The notes under the pieces were generated by a model. That model worked only from the letters and a program-made list of their open reading frames with translations, had not been told where the DNA came from and made no database searches. A stretch of DNA of 64,000 nt from Schmidtea nova (lineage: Eukaryota). Location of the stretch: contig CM097884.1 of NCBI GenBank assembly GCA_044892505.1, positions 129,022,001 to 129,086,000 of the forward strand. Direction: 5' to 3'. Of this stretch, positions 1 to 13,965 are shown one piece after another (the first letter of the stretch is position 1; every line of letters begins with the position of its first letter). Both the position numbers and the translations under genes were made by a program.

Positions 1-585
1 AATTCAATTTTTATTTGCAAAGAGAAAAAATAAATTTCATTTTCGAAATAATTTCGAATGACTTTGAGGAGTAATAATATTTATTTGAACTAATCATTGT
101 TTCATTTGAGGCGACAATTAGTTTGAATTTTTTCTTTTCCTTAAACAGAAGTGAGTCAACGAATAAACAAGAGAAAGTTTTGTTGATGGAATATGTCATG
201 GATTTAGTAAAATAAAATCTGTTTGTGACGAAATAAAAAGTCGTTTGTTATTTCCTCCAAACTTTAATGTCTTCACTTTATAGCAAATGGATTCGACAAT
301 GCAGTTGAATTGATATCAAATGAAGATTGTTTGCGATTGTTGAAATACTTTGATTTTTGTTTTACTATTTGTTGAGTTTGTTTGTGTAAATTTTTTGTGT
401 TCGATTTATTTGTCGTAATGGAATTTTAATTTTTATTAAATTATAATNNNNNNNNNNNNNNNNNNNNNNNNNNNNNNNNNNNNNNNNNNNNNNNNNNNNN
501 NNNNNNNNNNNNNNNNNNNNNNNNNNNNNNNNNNNNNNNNNNNNNNNNNNNNNNNNNNNNNNNNNNNNNNNNNNNNNNNNNNNTA

Positions 586-1981
586 CCGGATTTTCTTGAA
601 TATAAGATTAATATTCGAGAAATAAATATTTAAAAAATTTTATTTAAATTCAATGTTAATAATTCCACTTAAATTAGCGTTTAAATTTAATATTTAATAT
701 TATTTTTAATGCTTTATAATTATTTTTAGAAATAAATTTTATCGTATGAATAGAGAATCTTATTTGATAATAGAAAAATTAAATGCTTTAAAAAAATTAG
801 AAGAAAATCATGAATAAAATTTGAAAGCCAGCAGCTGATCTTGGAATTTCTAGAAAAATGATTAGAGACAAAAGAATTTTATCATATAACTCATTTAAAG
901 AAAATGCATTGAAATTTGCTACAGAATTAAATATTCCTTATTTTTAAGCAAGTAACAATTGGATTTTTTTTGTTTTTAAAAAGAAATGACATATCCGTAA
1001 GGAACATAACATGAATCGGCCAAGAAGATAATAGACCTATTTTAAAGTTAAAACAATTTAGTTTTAAAATGTTTTAAAGAAGTCAACTGAAAAATATGTC
1101 AACTGAAAGAGTTTATAATATGGACGAAACACCAATTTATATTTATACTGTGAATAGTAGAACTGTTACATTTAAAAGTAAAAAAACATAAAAATTCATG
1201 CTACTGGACATAAAAAAACTCATTTCACTGTTGCTTTAACTACTTTGGATTTTGAAAATCTTCTAAATAATTTTGTTATATTAAAATGTTTAAAAGATTT
1301 TCTGATACCCTCAAATAAGGCAGAGACAAAATTTAAAACAGGGATGATGAATAAAAATCTAATTAATATATAATTTAACGCTGGTTTAAAGGAAGCAGGC
1401 TCATTTTTAATTACAGAAAAATAATTGTTATTTTTGGACAGTTTCTGTTCTCATAAAGTTGAAGTTTTTCTAAAGAATGTTTTTTAAGTACTTTTAAATA
1501 TGACCTTTTTCCATCTAAAGTCAACATCGTTTATTTAGTCACCATGCGTTTTAGGAAATTCAGTTTTTAAATTACATATAAAATATTTCTGGGAAGATTG
1601 GAGCAAAAATGGGTTATAAACAAAAACAACCATGAACCGTAATATTATCATTTATATCTTTAAAGAAAATTCATTCAACTCTTATTTGTAAATCTTTTAA
1701 ATTATGTGGGATTAATAACAATGAAGTTATTTTAGCAATGGAATGAATGGCAAACTTGAATAATACTAAATACTGGAAGCGTTGAATAATTTATATCCGA
1801 TTTTGATTCAAATAATGAATCAACTGATGGGCCAACGAAATATTCTATTGTTAAGGATATTAAATAAAAAGAATGTTATAGTATTTTTGTTCTTTAACTT
1901 TATAAGACCATGGACTCAACTATATTTTTATCTGGTAAAACTCGAATTCTAAAATATAATACTTTATTCGAGAAAATCTGG
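586..1981 (+). mobile_element. Decayed pogo/Tigger-family DNA transposon
   Basis: Imperfect TIRs ccggattttcttgaata at 586 and its reverse-complement-like tattcgagaaaatctgg ending 1981, each flanked by TA. Broken transposase motifs inside: ASNNW ~948, NMDETP ~1118, LFLDSFCSH ~1430. Confidence 0.7.
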
Positions 1982-3664
1982 TAATTAAATTTCTCAATTA
2001 ATAAAAAACCCTTTTAAGGCTTATTTTTAATATTGATATTTAAGTTACTTTGTTCTTTATTTTAATAAAATATAATTTTTATCATTATAGAAACTGTTGA
2101 AGCCTATACATATAAACATCATAAACATTGTGATTTTCGATTATCTTTTTAAAGTTTATTTTAAATGAAACTCGTTCAAAAATTGTTTTTACATATTTTT
2201 ATTAAAATGTTCTAAATATTACTGTAATAGATTGTTAATTATGATGAGTTATATGTGATTATGTTGAATAAATGTATTTGCAATGAAATCTGTTGAGCAC
2301 AGCCGAGTCACCTGTAAAAGTGTCGGGACAGCTGGGGTGTGTGGTATGTTGGTTTGTTTTGTGTGCTTGCGTGTATAATTTATCAAACAACTCAAACAGA
2401 GAATAATGAAAAGCTTTTCATTTGTCGGAGATAGAACAAGAAACTAATGCTAAAAATTACTCACAGAATTCGCATACGCTTATAATGTTATTTCTTCTCT
2501 TTCTTTCAATTTTCTGTTATTGTTAATTTAATTTCTTATTTTCTTATTCTTTTAAATACTCAATTCGTCTCTAGTGTAATTATTTGTCATCTTTTATTGA
2601 CAAAATTTAAATTTCATTATAATTTAATTCTTCATTTAATAAAACCATCCCATACCAACAACATATAATAAATCAATAAAATTAAACCTTAACATTTTAC
2701 AATTAAAGAACTCTTAAAATTGATTAAAAAACTGGGAAAACATTCACAAAAATTATTTGGAATTTAGAACTTGTTTCGAACCAGGCCAGACTGTTAAAAA
2801 TGCACTATTTTATGCGTTTAATAAAATTTTCAATTTATTTAAATGAATTTAAAGACAATTTTCTTTCTCAATTAATTAATAAAATTTAATTAATATTTAA
2901 TTGAAAATTAATTACCTCTGAAATAATTTTAGGATAAAAAATTTAAACTACTTAATTGCTTTGTTTTCTATATATAAGATCTCGAAAGTAATTATTGTAT
3001 TAGAATTATACCTGTCTCCCATAATTGACTAATCTCCTAAATTACTTGAAAATTTACAACAGTATCCCATATATAGATATCAGATTGTAAACTCTCTCTA
3101 GGCAAATGTCTGAGAGTTTGAGATATGGAAATTTCACTGAATCTGACCTGTTGAAGTATAATTTCTAACGATAAGAAAAACTTGATTTTCTGAGCTCGTC
3201 GCATTGACAATCGAAAATTTTAGAAATTAATTGATAATTTCTAAGGAAGACAAACTAAACCCACGACCAGATATGTAAATAAGTATTGAAGTTGTCGAAT
3301 TGAGTTTTCGGAGGTTTTATTTTTTTTTCAGAATATTGTCGAATTATTTCTTCATTAAAATTCCTGTCAGAAAATGATGTGAAATTTTCGTTGTGTTAAT
3401 TTGGAGATTGTGTGATGGGTTTTAGTTGTGGGAAACGTCTCCTATTTTGATTAATCTTTAAAAATTAGATAGATTTGTAAAGCAATCAACAATTGTCAAA
3501 TGTTTTATTTATATGGAATTCACAATTATTTTATGTGTTTCAAAGTGATTCGTATGATAAATATATTTAAATTTAATACAAATCAAAGGGTTGGTAATAC
3601 TTTCTTTTTAGAAGATGTCATGTTGTTGTGTATAGTTTTAATGTGATTTTCGATGCTACTTTTA

Positions 3665-3775
3665 ATGACGGCCGCGCTTGGAGTTTATTTGCTCTCAGTT
3701 GTGTCAACTAAGAAACTTGTTTCCACAAGGAATCGAACCGAGTGGCTTGAAGAATAAACCATTCCGCCAACAAGA
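3665..3775 (-). mobile_element. Possible tRNA-derived SINE head
   Basis: Minus strand has an A-box match TGGCGGAATGG (3759-3769) and a B-box match GGTTCGATTCC (3729-3739). The spacing is only ~19 nt and no cloverleaf forms, so it is not a tRNA. Confidence 0.4.
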
Positions 3776-5007
3776 TGTATTGAATATCTAAATATTTTTT
3801 ACTATTCTGATCAAATGTTTAATAATATCTTTTTTATATCTTACTAACTACACGTCATATCAAATAGTTTGAAACATAACTAACAGTTTGAATTAAGTAA
3901 TTAAGTAATTAAATAAAATTTTGATGTGATATACAATGTTATTTCTACTGTTTGATACTTTTGAGCTAAATATATTATTATTTAGACCGGGGGTAGGAAA
4001 AAGCCGGCCTTCGTTTTGATTTCAATCAAAAGCAAAAATGATTGCATTACATTGTATTGTCAATTATTATTATTTACACGCAAAGTTTTGTTTCAATTTT
4101 ATTATTTCTATGTGAGTAAAAGAACATTTTAGCCTTACAACGTAGTGTATATTTTTGGCATATCTGTACATCTGATAAATGTCCAATTATTTAAAAACAT
4201 CTAAATTCTGCAATGATGTAAATATGATGTTTCATGAGCCAGATATATAATGTTATTGTTCACGTTGGTGTATATTATGTATTATTAACTATGTCCATCT
4301 ATAAATTTTCATTAAAAAAGTAGATAGTACCCACTAGTATTTTAAATATATTTTGTTATAAAGATTTTGTGAATCCTAGAACTATACTTACAATGAAAAA
4401 CCTAAGTGTTTAGATAAACAAAAATTAAAGTTTTGTTGAAAAAATAAAATTATAAAAGGTGATTTTTCATAATTTTTCATCAGTGTTGCGAATTATTTCC
4501 AATGAAAGTTGTGAATAAAAGTGAAAATAGAATTTAAAAATTGGCATTACTGTTTGCCATTTTAATAACTTGGTTTCCGTTTCGGAAACATTTATGAACA
4601 ATTTTTCAAGTTTTTTGTCCAGGTTACAAATTGTTCATTTATACAAATTATCTAGTTTCGTTATTTTTCCGCATTAGTATTGTTTGGTTTTTGATAAGAT
4701 TATAATTTATATTTTGTTTTAATGACGTCTTACGTTGCATCGATTATCATTCTTTTATCAGCAATAAATATCCCACAAATATTTTAACATAATCTTACTG
4801 ATTTCAGCGTTTTGTCTAAACTAGAGAGTTAATAAATCGGAAACATCTTCAGAAACATTCATAACTTAATTTTATATTTAAATGAGGTTCTTAATAAATT
4901 TGTAATTAATTTTGTAATAAATTTGTAATTAATTTTGTAATAAATTTGTAAACCGTGTCTGTGTGTAATTATTTGTTTTTTACTCAATAATTTTTTATCC
5001 TCTATAT

Positions 5008-5284
5008 TAGGGGTTTTCAAATTTGGGTCCGCGAGTATAAATCAAGGAGTCATAGAAATATGAATTTTAATCCTAATTTTCCAAGAAAGACAACATGGCC
5101 TAACCAGCTCGTCTCAAAAAATCTACATTTGTCTTAACATTTTACCATAACATTAGTTTTATACCATTTCTGTTGCCCATTAATTTTAATTATTATTATA
5201 TATCAATTGTTGTTAGCAAAAAATAGTCCGCGAATTTGTTGTGGAGCCAAAAGGTTCCGCGATCAAAAAATTTGAGAATCCTTA
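5008..5284. mobile_element. hAT (Buster/Charlie-type) MITE
   Basis: Imperfect 14-bp TIRs taggggttttcaaa / tttgagaatcctta. Perfect 8-bp TSD CTCTATAT at 5000-5007 and 5285-5292 with central TA. Confidence 0.8.
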
Positions 5285-8200
5285 CTCTATATCATAGAAT
5301 CTTATTTAATATCAATGATATTAATGACATACACTTTTAAATAAATTAATAGATAACAAAAGAAGCATTTATTGCAAAATATTTTTTATTAATGGAAGAC
5401 TTTTTTTAAAAATAAGTAAAAGATTTATATTTGTTCCGAAAAATGTTAAATTTTAGAGTTTTTTTTATATTTTAAATTTTTAAACAAAAAGCATTTTTAA
5501 CTAAAAAGATTTTAAAATTTATAATAATCAGATTTACATCCAATGAAAAAGAAAATAAAATACGAGAAAGAATCAGCAGAAATGGATGAAGATACCAGTT
5601 AGATTTTGCATTAGGATTGATAAGGGTTATTTTACAATCGAAAATGTTTTATAGCATATATATTTTTATTAAAATATTTATTTTATATTGTTGAAGTTCT
5701 TGTTTACTGTCTTTTTGAATTAATGGGTAAAATTTCTCTTTAAAATTTAGCTATATCTTTTTTTCAATATTTTTATGTTTCTTAAGATAAAGTTGATAAA
5801 CGTATAAATCATTTTTAAAAAAATAAATATATTTTTTTTCATTTTTGATTGACTATTTGATTGTTGAAAATTGATAACACTTTGGTAAACACCAGAAATT
5901 AACTTTTGAACTCACTTTAAAATTTATTATTCATAATTTTCTTAAAAATTTAAATCTTTGAAGACACTTTTCCTTAAAAAATGAAGAAACTACTAATGAT
6001 AATAGTTCTTTTAGAAATGGATGAAAGTTATTTGTTAATAATAGCCATCTCTGTACCGTAATGGTTGGCCGTGTCTTATTCAGTGTTTCTCATTTGTGTA
6101 TTTTTTTATAATAAAATGTACATGTTATGCATTTTTATGTTTTCCTTCACCTTATTTTTTCTCCCTCATATAACATTCACTATTGAACATTTTTCTATGT
6201 AAGTGTTCCTGATAACCTGATTGCCAACAGATAAGTAATTCTTTTTATTATATAAAAATTTTATCCCAGTGCAATATATGTAAATATGGACGTTTTATTT
6301 TTTTATTTAATTTTTTTAAATCCACAAATTAAAAATTAACAATGCATTTTGAACAATCGATTTTGAAACTTTTCCCATTTATATTTTTCATTAAAAATTT
6401 ATTATCATTATTTAATAAAGTTTCTGAAACATGGACCTTTTAACTATTTTGATTTAACCCTTGATATAAACTGGTGATGAATGCATGAGTGATGTCTGAC
6501 AGTAGTTTATGAGATAGGTTCAAATGCGCAATGTTTGAATCACACCGACGGTGAAGGACACACCGTAAACACTAGAAAATAACTGCATTTATGCAAAACT
6601 GCGAACTTGATGGTTAATTTCTAAAATTAAAAAGAATATAAATGCATATTTAAAAAAATTAGTAATTTTTTTATCATTCAATTCTATTTATGGTATGTTA
6701 GCGCCAAAAGGACGCGCCTGATTATGAGTCGCAGGTTTTAAGGGTTTCAATAAAATAATTTCATAAGTCTCCAACATAAAATGGAATTTTGTTAGTATTG
6801 TTAACTACTAAAGTATTTTTATCGTACTTATCTAGCTTATCATGACTCACTGACGACTCGATGTTAAAAGATGTAAATATCTTATTGAGTTTGCATACAG
6901 TCAAATTAAAAGAAAATGTATTTAATAAGACCCATACGATTATAAGGTGAGGTGTGAGTTTCAAATCAGAAAAATAATTTTTAAAACTCGTCTTATATGC
7001 GGGAAAATCCTTCAAAAATAGAACAACTTTTTTTAATTTTACACTATTCTGTAATATCCCAATTAGTGCTCTAGCCGCGTTTCTAAAAGAAGCGTTAAAC
7101 AGGTTCATTTAGAATTATATATTCTTGGTCTATTGTGTGCTGATCTATATTTTTATACGTTAAAATGATCCCATTATGCGCTGTTTTGCTTAGAACTTTA
7201 TTTATAGGAACTTGACTAGAACGCTAGGGTCATTATGGACTATAATATACTTTAATAGCTTACTAATGAATCTGAATATGTTATGTATAAATTCATTCAT
7301 TTCTTCTATATTATGCTTTTCCCCGTAAACTACATTATCATCTTCTTGCAACACCAAAAACTTTTTGATTCTTTTCAATTTTTCGATTTGTTTCTATCTC
7401 TTATATTTAGTATTTTTCCTCAAATTTCATTTCTTTTCTCCGTAAGATTATCACTTTTGAGGTTGCTATCTGTTGACTTACGTGTCTTATATTTTCATTG
7501 TTTTTAATTTTCGTTTTTGAAAACTGATTTTTTTAATTAAAAGGGAGACGAAGTAGATATGAAAATGATTTCTCTAAGTTTAAAATATACCTTTTGTAGA
7601 TAAGACCGTTTTTAATAAATCTTTTGTTAACAACAGAGTTGAAAGTAAGGAATGAGTAATTTAGGAAATGCTCAAGTTTTAATCAGATTTTGGAAGTGAA
7701 TAATTATGGAAATACAATTATGAATTCAAGCACGCTGGCAGACAACTGACAGTGACTAAAAGGACCTTACATCAAATATCCAAGACAAGTAAATTTCAAC
7801 TTGGCAGCAGTTTAAAAGATTGCCAGTAAGAAACAATATTCTATTAAATAAACCCTTTAATGAATGTATTTTTTTTGAAACTTAGAGTTAAGCCGTTAGT
7901 ATATGTACAAATTAACAATAATATTTCGAAATATAATTAATTTTTTTAATCAAATAATTTAAATAATTAGGTATCGTTAAAAGTCTTTAATTTACATCAT
8001 CTTTGATCGCTTTTCAATTTAATTTTTTTAAACTATAAATCGAAAATTTAATTTTTTTATTCAACACATATTTTTATGTATTGTCTAAATATTTAAGGAA
8101 AAAATCAAACTAAAAATTAAGTAGCATTTTTTCGAAGAAAATTAAATTTTAAAAATTAATTACGAAAAATGAATTTTTTAAAAAAATTCTGTTGCATATG

Positions 8201-9864
8201 GATAGTTTGTTTAATTTTTGATAACAGTTGAAACTGATAAGTTAATTAAAGGCATATGTCGATAAATATGAGAACTAATTTTGTGATATTTGCGGGAAAA
8301 TTCCTATTCCAAATTGGCTATTAATTATTATCAATTGTCAAATTAGCGGACTGCCGTTTGAAGTGATCGAAATTTTGAAATTTGTAAAAAAAATAATTTT
8401 AATTATAGAAAATAAATCATTTTAGAATCGTGTTTTTCCTTTTCTGTCGATAATTTTTCCACAAAATAAAAGCTGCGCACAATTAACATTTTCTATTAAT
8501 GCTTTTCATTTTCCATTTCAAAAATTTCTATATTGCAATTTTTCACCAAAACCACCTCATAAATTTAAATTTTAAAAAAATTTAACGGGTTATTTTACTT
8601 GATTTTGGTTACATTTTTTTAAAATGAATTACAGATTAGGTACCAGTAAATATTGTAATTTTTGTCCACCATTCACTAAAAAGATTGTTTTATACTATTA
8701 TTTATGACGGTCTCTTTTTTTTATTAAAAAAAATTTATAATAAGTGGTGACAGACGGAGTGACAGTGGCACTTTATAAAAAATAACTATATACTAACGGT
8801 CTCATTTTTTAAATTTATATAAAATAAAATATGAATGGTGTCGGATGAACAGATAATTCTTTTATTCATTATTTATCACAAACTTCTTGCAGACGAAAAT
8901 TAAAAGTTATTTGTTTATGTTTAAAGCTATTTTTTTATTTTATTATATATGGAAAGTTGGCAGAATAGTATAGAACTATTAAACTAAAGTTTTTTTACAC
9001 CTGTTTCCACTAGTTAATTATAAAATGCGAATTATCGCAAATACTTCTTTGGATTTTTCAGGAATTTTCATTTTTTGAAGACATTAGACAAAAATTTCGT
9101 TTGTAAGCATACAAATTAACTAAACATTTTTTTCTATTGGGTATAAAATTTTAAAAATTATAAAATTGTTGGTTGTTGTTAAATAAACATTGAAGAAAAT
9201 GTTTACCATTTTAAATTATACTAATATATTTTGATCGATAGTTTGAAAAAATGAAAATAAATGAAATGACAACTAAGTCCATTGATAGATTTATTTTTAA
9301 ACAAAAATATATTAATAAATTGCTATTATAAGAAGATTGGGATCTGAGAAGTAATGAAAATCAGTATAAAGATTTTATTCCACATCAGTCATAACAAATG
9401 ATTATTTTAAATGTCTCTAAAAACTTGATTTTTATTTGCTCATTCTAGGACTTCATCAGCTAAATATTAATGAGCAACATGCGTGTACACACATTATTCA
9501 GCTTGATTATTCGTCCTGCAAAATAATATTTTTGTAATTTACAATGAATTTCACAAACTAAGAAATTGAAATCCAGTTCTTGAACTTCTATAATTTTTAT
9601 GGAATTTTTATGGAATTGTTTTGATATTTTAACTTTTTTTTCTAGACATTCTATTTTTTTAATTGAAACTTCAGCTTTTTTGTCAATTTAAACAACCAAA
9701 TATTTTTATTTAATTATAAATTATTTAAAAATAATCTAAAAATAATAACAAAAGCATTAATTTTGTTCAACTTTGGTTGCCTTTTTTTATTTCAGAAATT
9801 ATAATTTTTTTTATATAAAGACTAGATCAAAATTGCCTTATAGCACAAGAATAATGAGTAAAAA

Positions 9865-11251
9865 CCCCGGCCTGCCAAAAGTTTCCAGTCAGGTAGTTAT
9901 TTACATATCGCAATTTATAATGAACGTCTGTAGTGTAAATATGAACAGTAATGGGAACAAATGTCACAAACACACACGAATACTGAATGTCTGTAGTGCT
10001 AAGAAAGTTAGTACTTCGTTATATTACCTTACATATGGATAACAAGGCGCACTCGTTTAGACATTGTATCCATCACTTTTGTCAGGAAATCAAGGGAGAT
10101 GTGTGACTATTCCTCATGCAGATGCGTTTCCAGTTCGGAGGAGTTACGGGCAATTGGAATCCTTTTGCGTACTCGTCTACCAAGGACGTCCCACATAAAC
10201 TCAATAGGATTCAAATCAGAGTTTTGTGGAACGCAATCCAAAACGTTAATGCTGTGCAACAGAAATAATTCTTTCATAATGTGCGAAGTATGGATTGGTG
10301 CATTATCCTGTTGGAAAATGAGCCCCTCAATTTCTGAGAGAAAGGGAACTAGCTCATTTTCCAGAATGGCACGGTATTCTACTGACATCATGTGATTGCT
10401 GCATTTTACTAGAGGGCCAGTTCCACGAGCTGAGAAAAGACTCCAAAACATGTTGAAGCTTCCTCCCTATTTCTCAGTTGGCTGAATGCAGTCAGGGTGA
10501 AATTGTTCTCCTTAAATGACGCCAGCAGAATTGCTGTCCATCAGATTTGAAAAGAGTGAAACGTGATTCATCATTCCAAATGACTGAGCGCCATTATTCT
10601 GCTGTCCAACTCCTTCTCTCCTGGTACCACTTCAAGTGACGACGACGAATTGTTTCTGTAATCAAAGGCTTCCTTGCTCAGTATCTGATATATGAACCAT
10701 TAAAATGTAATTCGCGATGAATGGTGGACATGCTGGCATGCACAGGGCCAGTGTTAAATGTGGACACTAACTTGGACAGGGGGAACCGACGATGAGCCAC
10801 CACAAGTCATTTCAGCTGCCGTTGTGTACGGATGCTCAGAAGTTTAGGGCGGCCTGAACGTTGCTTGTTGACATGTCTCTGCGCCTGGCGGTACTTCCTC
10901 AGGAAGTAGTTAATAGTTCCTTTGAAATGGCCAGTCAATGCAATAGTTTCACTCTGACATTTTCTACAAAGGTAACATCCGCAAATAATGCCTTTCTGAA
11001 AGTCTGTAAGCTCTCTCCGAGTAGCCATATTCTAAGAAAATGACAATCCTTCATTAACATGACTCACTGTTATCGCTGTTGTGTGTCTCGTGTGAGAAGT
11101 CATATTCTGTGTCTGTAAATGTGTGCATGCAGCATGTTGAAGGTGTTGGTGACCTTTGTTCCTATTGCTGTTCATATTTACACTGCAGACGTTCATTTTA
11201 AACTGGAATAGGTAAATAACTGCCCGGCTGGAGACTTTTGGTAGGACGGGG
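9865..11251 (-). mobile_element. Tc1-family (DD34E) transposon, decayed
   Basis: ~110-bp diverged TIRs (ccccggcctgccaaaagtttccag at 9865; ctggagacttttggtaggacgggg ending 11251, then TA). Encloses a broken transposase. Confidence 0.9.
10107..11028 (-). pseudogene. Tc1 transposase pseudogene
   Basis: HTH and GRPK in 10807-11028; WNDES (D1) near 10570; FQQDNAPIH...DLNPIEFMW with 34-aa D-E spacing in 10107-10451. Interrupted by stops and frameshifts. Confidence 0.9.
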
Positions 11252-12512
11252 TACATACTTGAAAAAACCTGTTGAAAATATTTATCATATTAAGCAATTT
11301 TTGATTTAGTCTATATAAAAATGAAAATTTTTTTAAAACACTTTTATAAAATATATAGTTATGAATTATAGTCATATTTTATTATAAATAGAATAATTTT
11401 TGAGTTCTGCACTTTTTTGAAAAACCACAAAATCCNNNNNNNNNNNNNNNNNNNNNNNNNNNNNNNNNNNNNNNNNNNNNNNNNNNNNNNNNNNNNNNNN
11501 NNNNNNNNNNNNNNNNNNNNNNNNNNNNNNNNNNNNNNNNNNNNNNNNNNNNNNNNNNNNNNNNNNNNNNNTAAATTTATCGCTGAATTCAACTGGGAGT
11601 TTGCTTGTCAGTTAATTTTTGTATTGCAATTATCTCATTGGACATAAGTCAACCGAACATCCTTAAACATCCTTGTTTGAATTGTTATTTTGCTTATATT
11701 CTAAGTCATTATTCTTTATTAATTATTGTTTATTAATAAAAATTTATAAAAATGCTTTTCAGTAGTTAAGTCTACCTGACTAGAACTTTTTCTTTGGCTA
11801 AAATATACATTTCTCTAGTTAATATTGTTTTGAATCCAATTATAAACATCTATTATTCTTTGATTTGTGAGTAATTTTTGATCTATTTTTATGATTTTTC
11901 GATATTTTAAAACTGTTACATACCAACAAAAACATCTAGTTTTATACATTGAAATAATAATTTGAATTCTTTTTCAATGTTAGATTTTATTATCGAATTC
12001 GTGTTTATTTAATGTAATCTTTTTAATTATAAATTTGATTTTGGAATTATAATTACAAACCTTGAACAGCTGATTTTAATAAGTATTGAATTGCACTTCA
12101 AAAATGTGTTTTGAATGAAAAAATATGAAATATAAATTCTTTAAAAAAAGTTATTTAAATAATTATTTAAAATATTATTTAAAAACTTAATGCTAGGATT
12201 TTTGTATAGTGGTTTCAATAATTTGCACTGAATAAAATCTTACGAGAACGTATTCCGGGTTTTGTTGTAAACAAGTGTAAGCTGACAAGCGTCGCGCGCT
12301 TTAGCTGAAAATAAACCACTAGGAGTCGAGTGTGAATCGGTTTAGCAGAAATTTGAATGCATTCGGCGCGCCAGCGGATCTCGTTCAAAGGCATTAAGTG
12401 GTTAAACAAGATATTTATTTGACCTTTGTGCAATATTTTTGTACAATAAAAGTAGCCATATATAAAAATTAATTTCTATAATTATTCTAAATAAAATTCT
12501 TTCGGCACCGCT

Positions 12513-12513
<1 letters not shown>

Positions 12514-12544
<31 letters not shown>
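12514..12544. repeat. (TAA)n microsatellite
   Basis: Direct reading of the sequence. Confidence 0.9.
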
Positions 12545-12548
<4 letters not shown>

Positions 12549-13734
12549 CGGCCAAATGAGATTTTCTTTCTTAATTTGATTATTTTTTGTTTCATTTTCA
12601 ACTATTTTTCCCGTTGTTTAATCGAAGGAAATTAAATTGAATCAGTTTCAAAAAGTGATTTTTGTTGATAAATAAAATAAATTCATTTTCCAGAATGATT
12701 TCAACTCTAATTAAAAATTCCATTTACTTTAATTGTTTTTTTGCTTTAATTTCTTTTATTATTATTAATTCGTTCCAGTTTCATTTTACGCGATTCGAAC
12801 AAGAAAAATTAATTTGGCAAGTATAAATTTGAAATTCTATGGTAATTCTATACGGCATTAGGGTCGTGTATTTTTCAATTACATAACCGTTTCTATAGAT
12901 ACGGATTTTTATTTATTTGATCAGTTTTCTATAACTTTTTTTACGGAGAATTCTTTATACATTTTACAGTTCATTTGCTGAGATTATATAAACAAAAATA
13001 TACTCCGCAATTGAATTTTTTGATGTTATTTTTTAATAAATGATGAATTTCATTACTCTTTATAATTTTTGTTTATTAACATTTAAATATGTTTAATGAG
13101 ACTAGTAGAAAAGAAATATTGTTTCAAAATTTAATTTCCAAAGATGTGTAGCAATTAATATGGGAGAAACATATTTTAAACAAAAGTTGCATTTATCAAA
13201 ACATTAATTAATGTTCGGCGTTTCAAGATATTTTTCATTGGACATCGAACAAGTGGAGCGCTAATTATTATATTTGATATTTTGCCCTTTCTAAACAAAC
13301 TACGAGTGATTAAATTATTTATCTCAAATTTTTATTCTCTTTGCAAAAGCTTGAAATTTGTTATTTCAATTTTTTGCCAATTTTCATTTTATTCTTAGAA
13401 TTTTAGATATAATATTTAAGTAATAATTCATTTATTCCTGTAAATCACACTAATACATTTTCACACTCACTTTTACCTCCACAAATAGTCATCACATTAT
13501 GAGTAATGCACTTATTTACATCATTCTATATTCTACATGCACACAAGCACACGAGCACATTTGTGACACGGAGCCAAAATCACGGAACAACTAAGTAAAT
13601 GGATTATAAATACATCCGGATTGATTACCATTTCATGTGAACAAACAATTTTAAGTTTTTGACCATTTCCCTTTTATCACACAAGCATGCGTAAAAATTG
13701 CCTGCTAAGACTCAATAAGATAGTGAAAGTCATC

Positions 13735-13965
13735 CTTGAGTTGCAGATGTACGTGGTCTCCCAGAACCTTTTCGGCTCTCAAATGAATCAGACTTAATAA
13801 CGTGAAATTCTTTCACAATTTGTTTCACTCTTCTGACAATAATTATATTTCCTCGCGTTTTCGATAAGGCGGTGAATGTCGGTCGTTCCAAAACCAATCT
13901 TTGTTAGAATGATGATAATAAACTTTTGTTCAGAAAATGTAATTTTCTCCTCCACGGACGGTTCT
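13735..13965 (-). pseudogene. mariner/Tc1-like transposase N-terminal (HTH) remnant
   Basis: Minus strand reads ...EQKFIIIILTKIGFGTTDIHRLIENA...IVRRVKQIVKEF...RKGSGRPRTS, i.e. HTH plus GRPR motif. No ends found. Confidence 0.5.

Noticed and set aside
6454-6745. piggyBac-like MITE ends (TTAACCC...GGTTAA), also ttaagtggttaa near 12405-12416
   Set aside because: Only 6-7 bp of TIR similarity and no convincing paired end.
6761-7507. ORFs 6761-7108 and 7283-7507
   Set aside because: Low-complexity F/L/K/I-rich translations typical of AT-rich non-coding DNA; no motifs.
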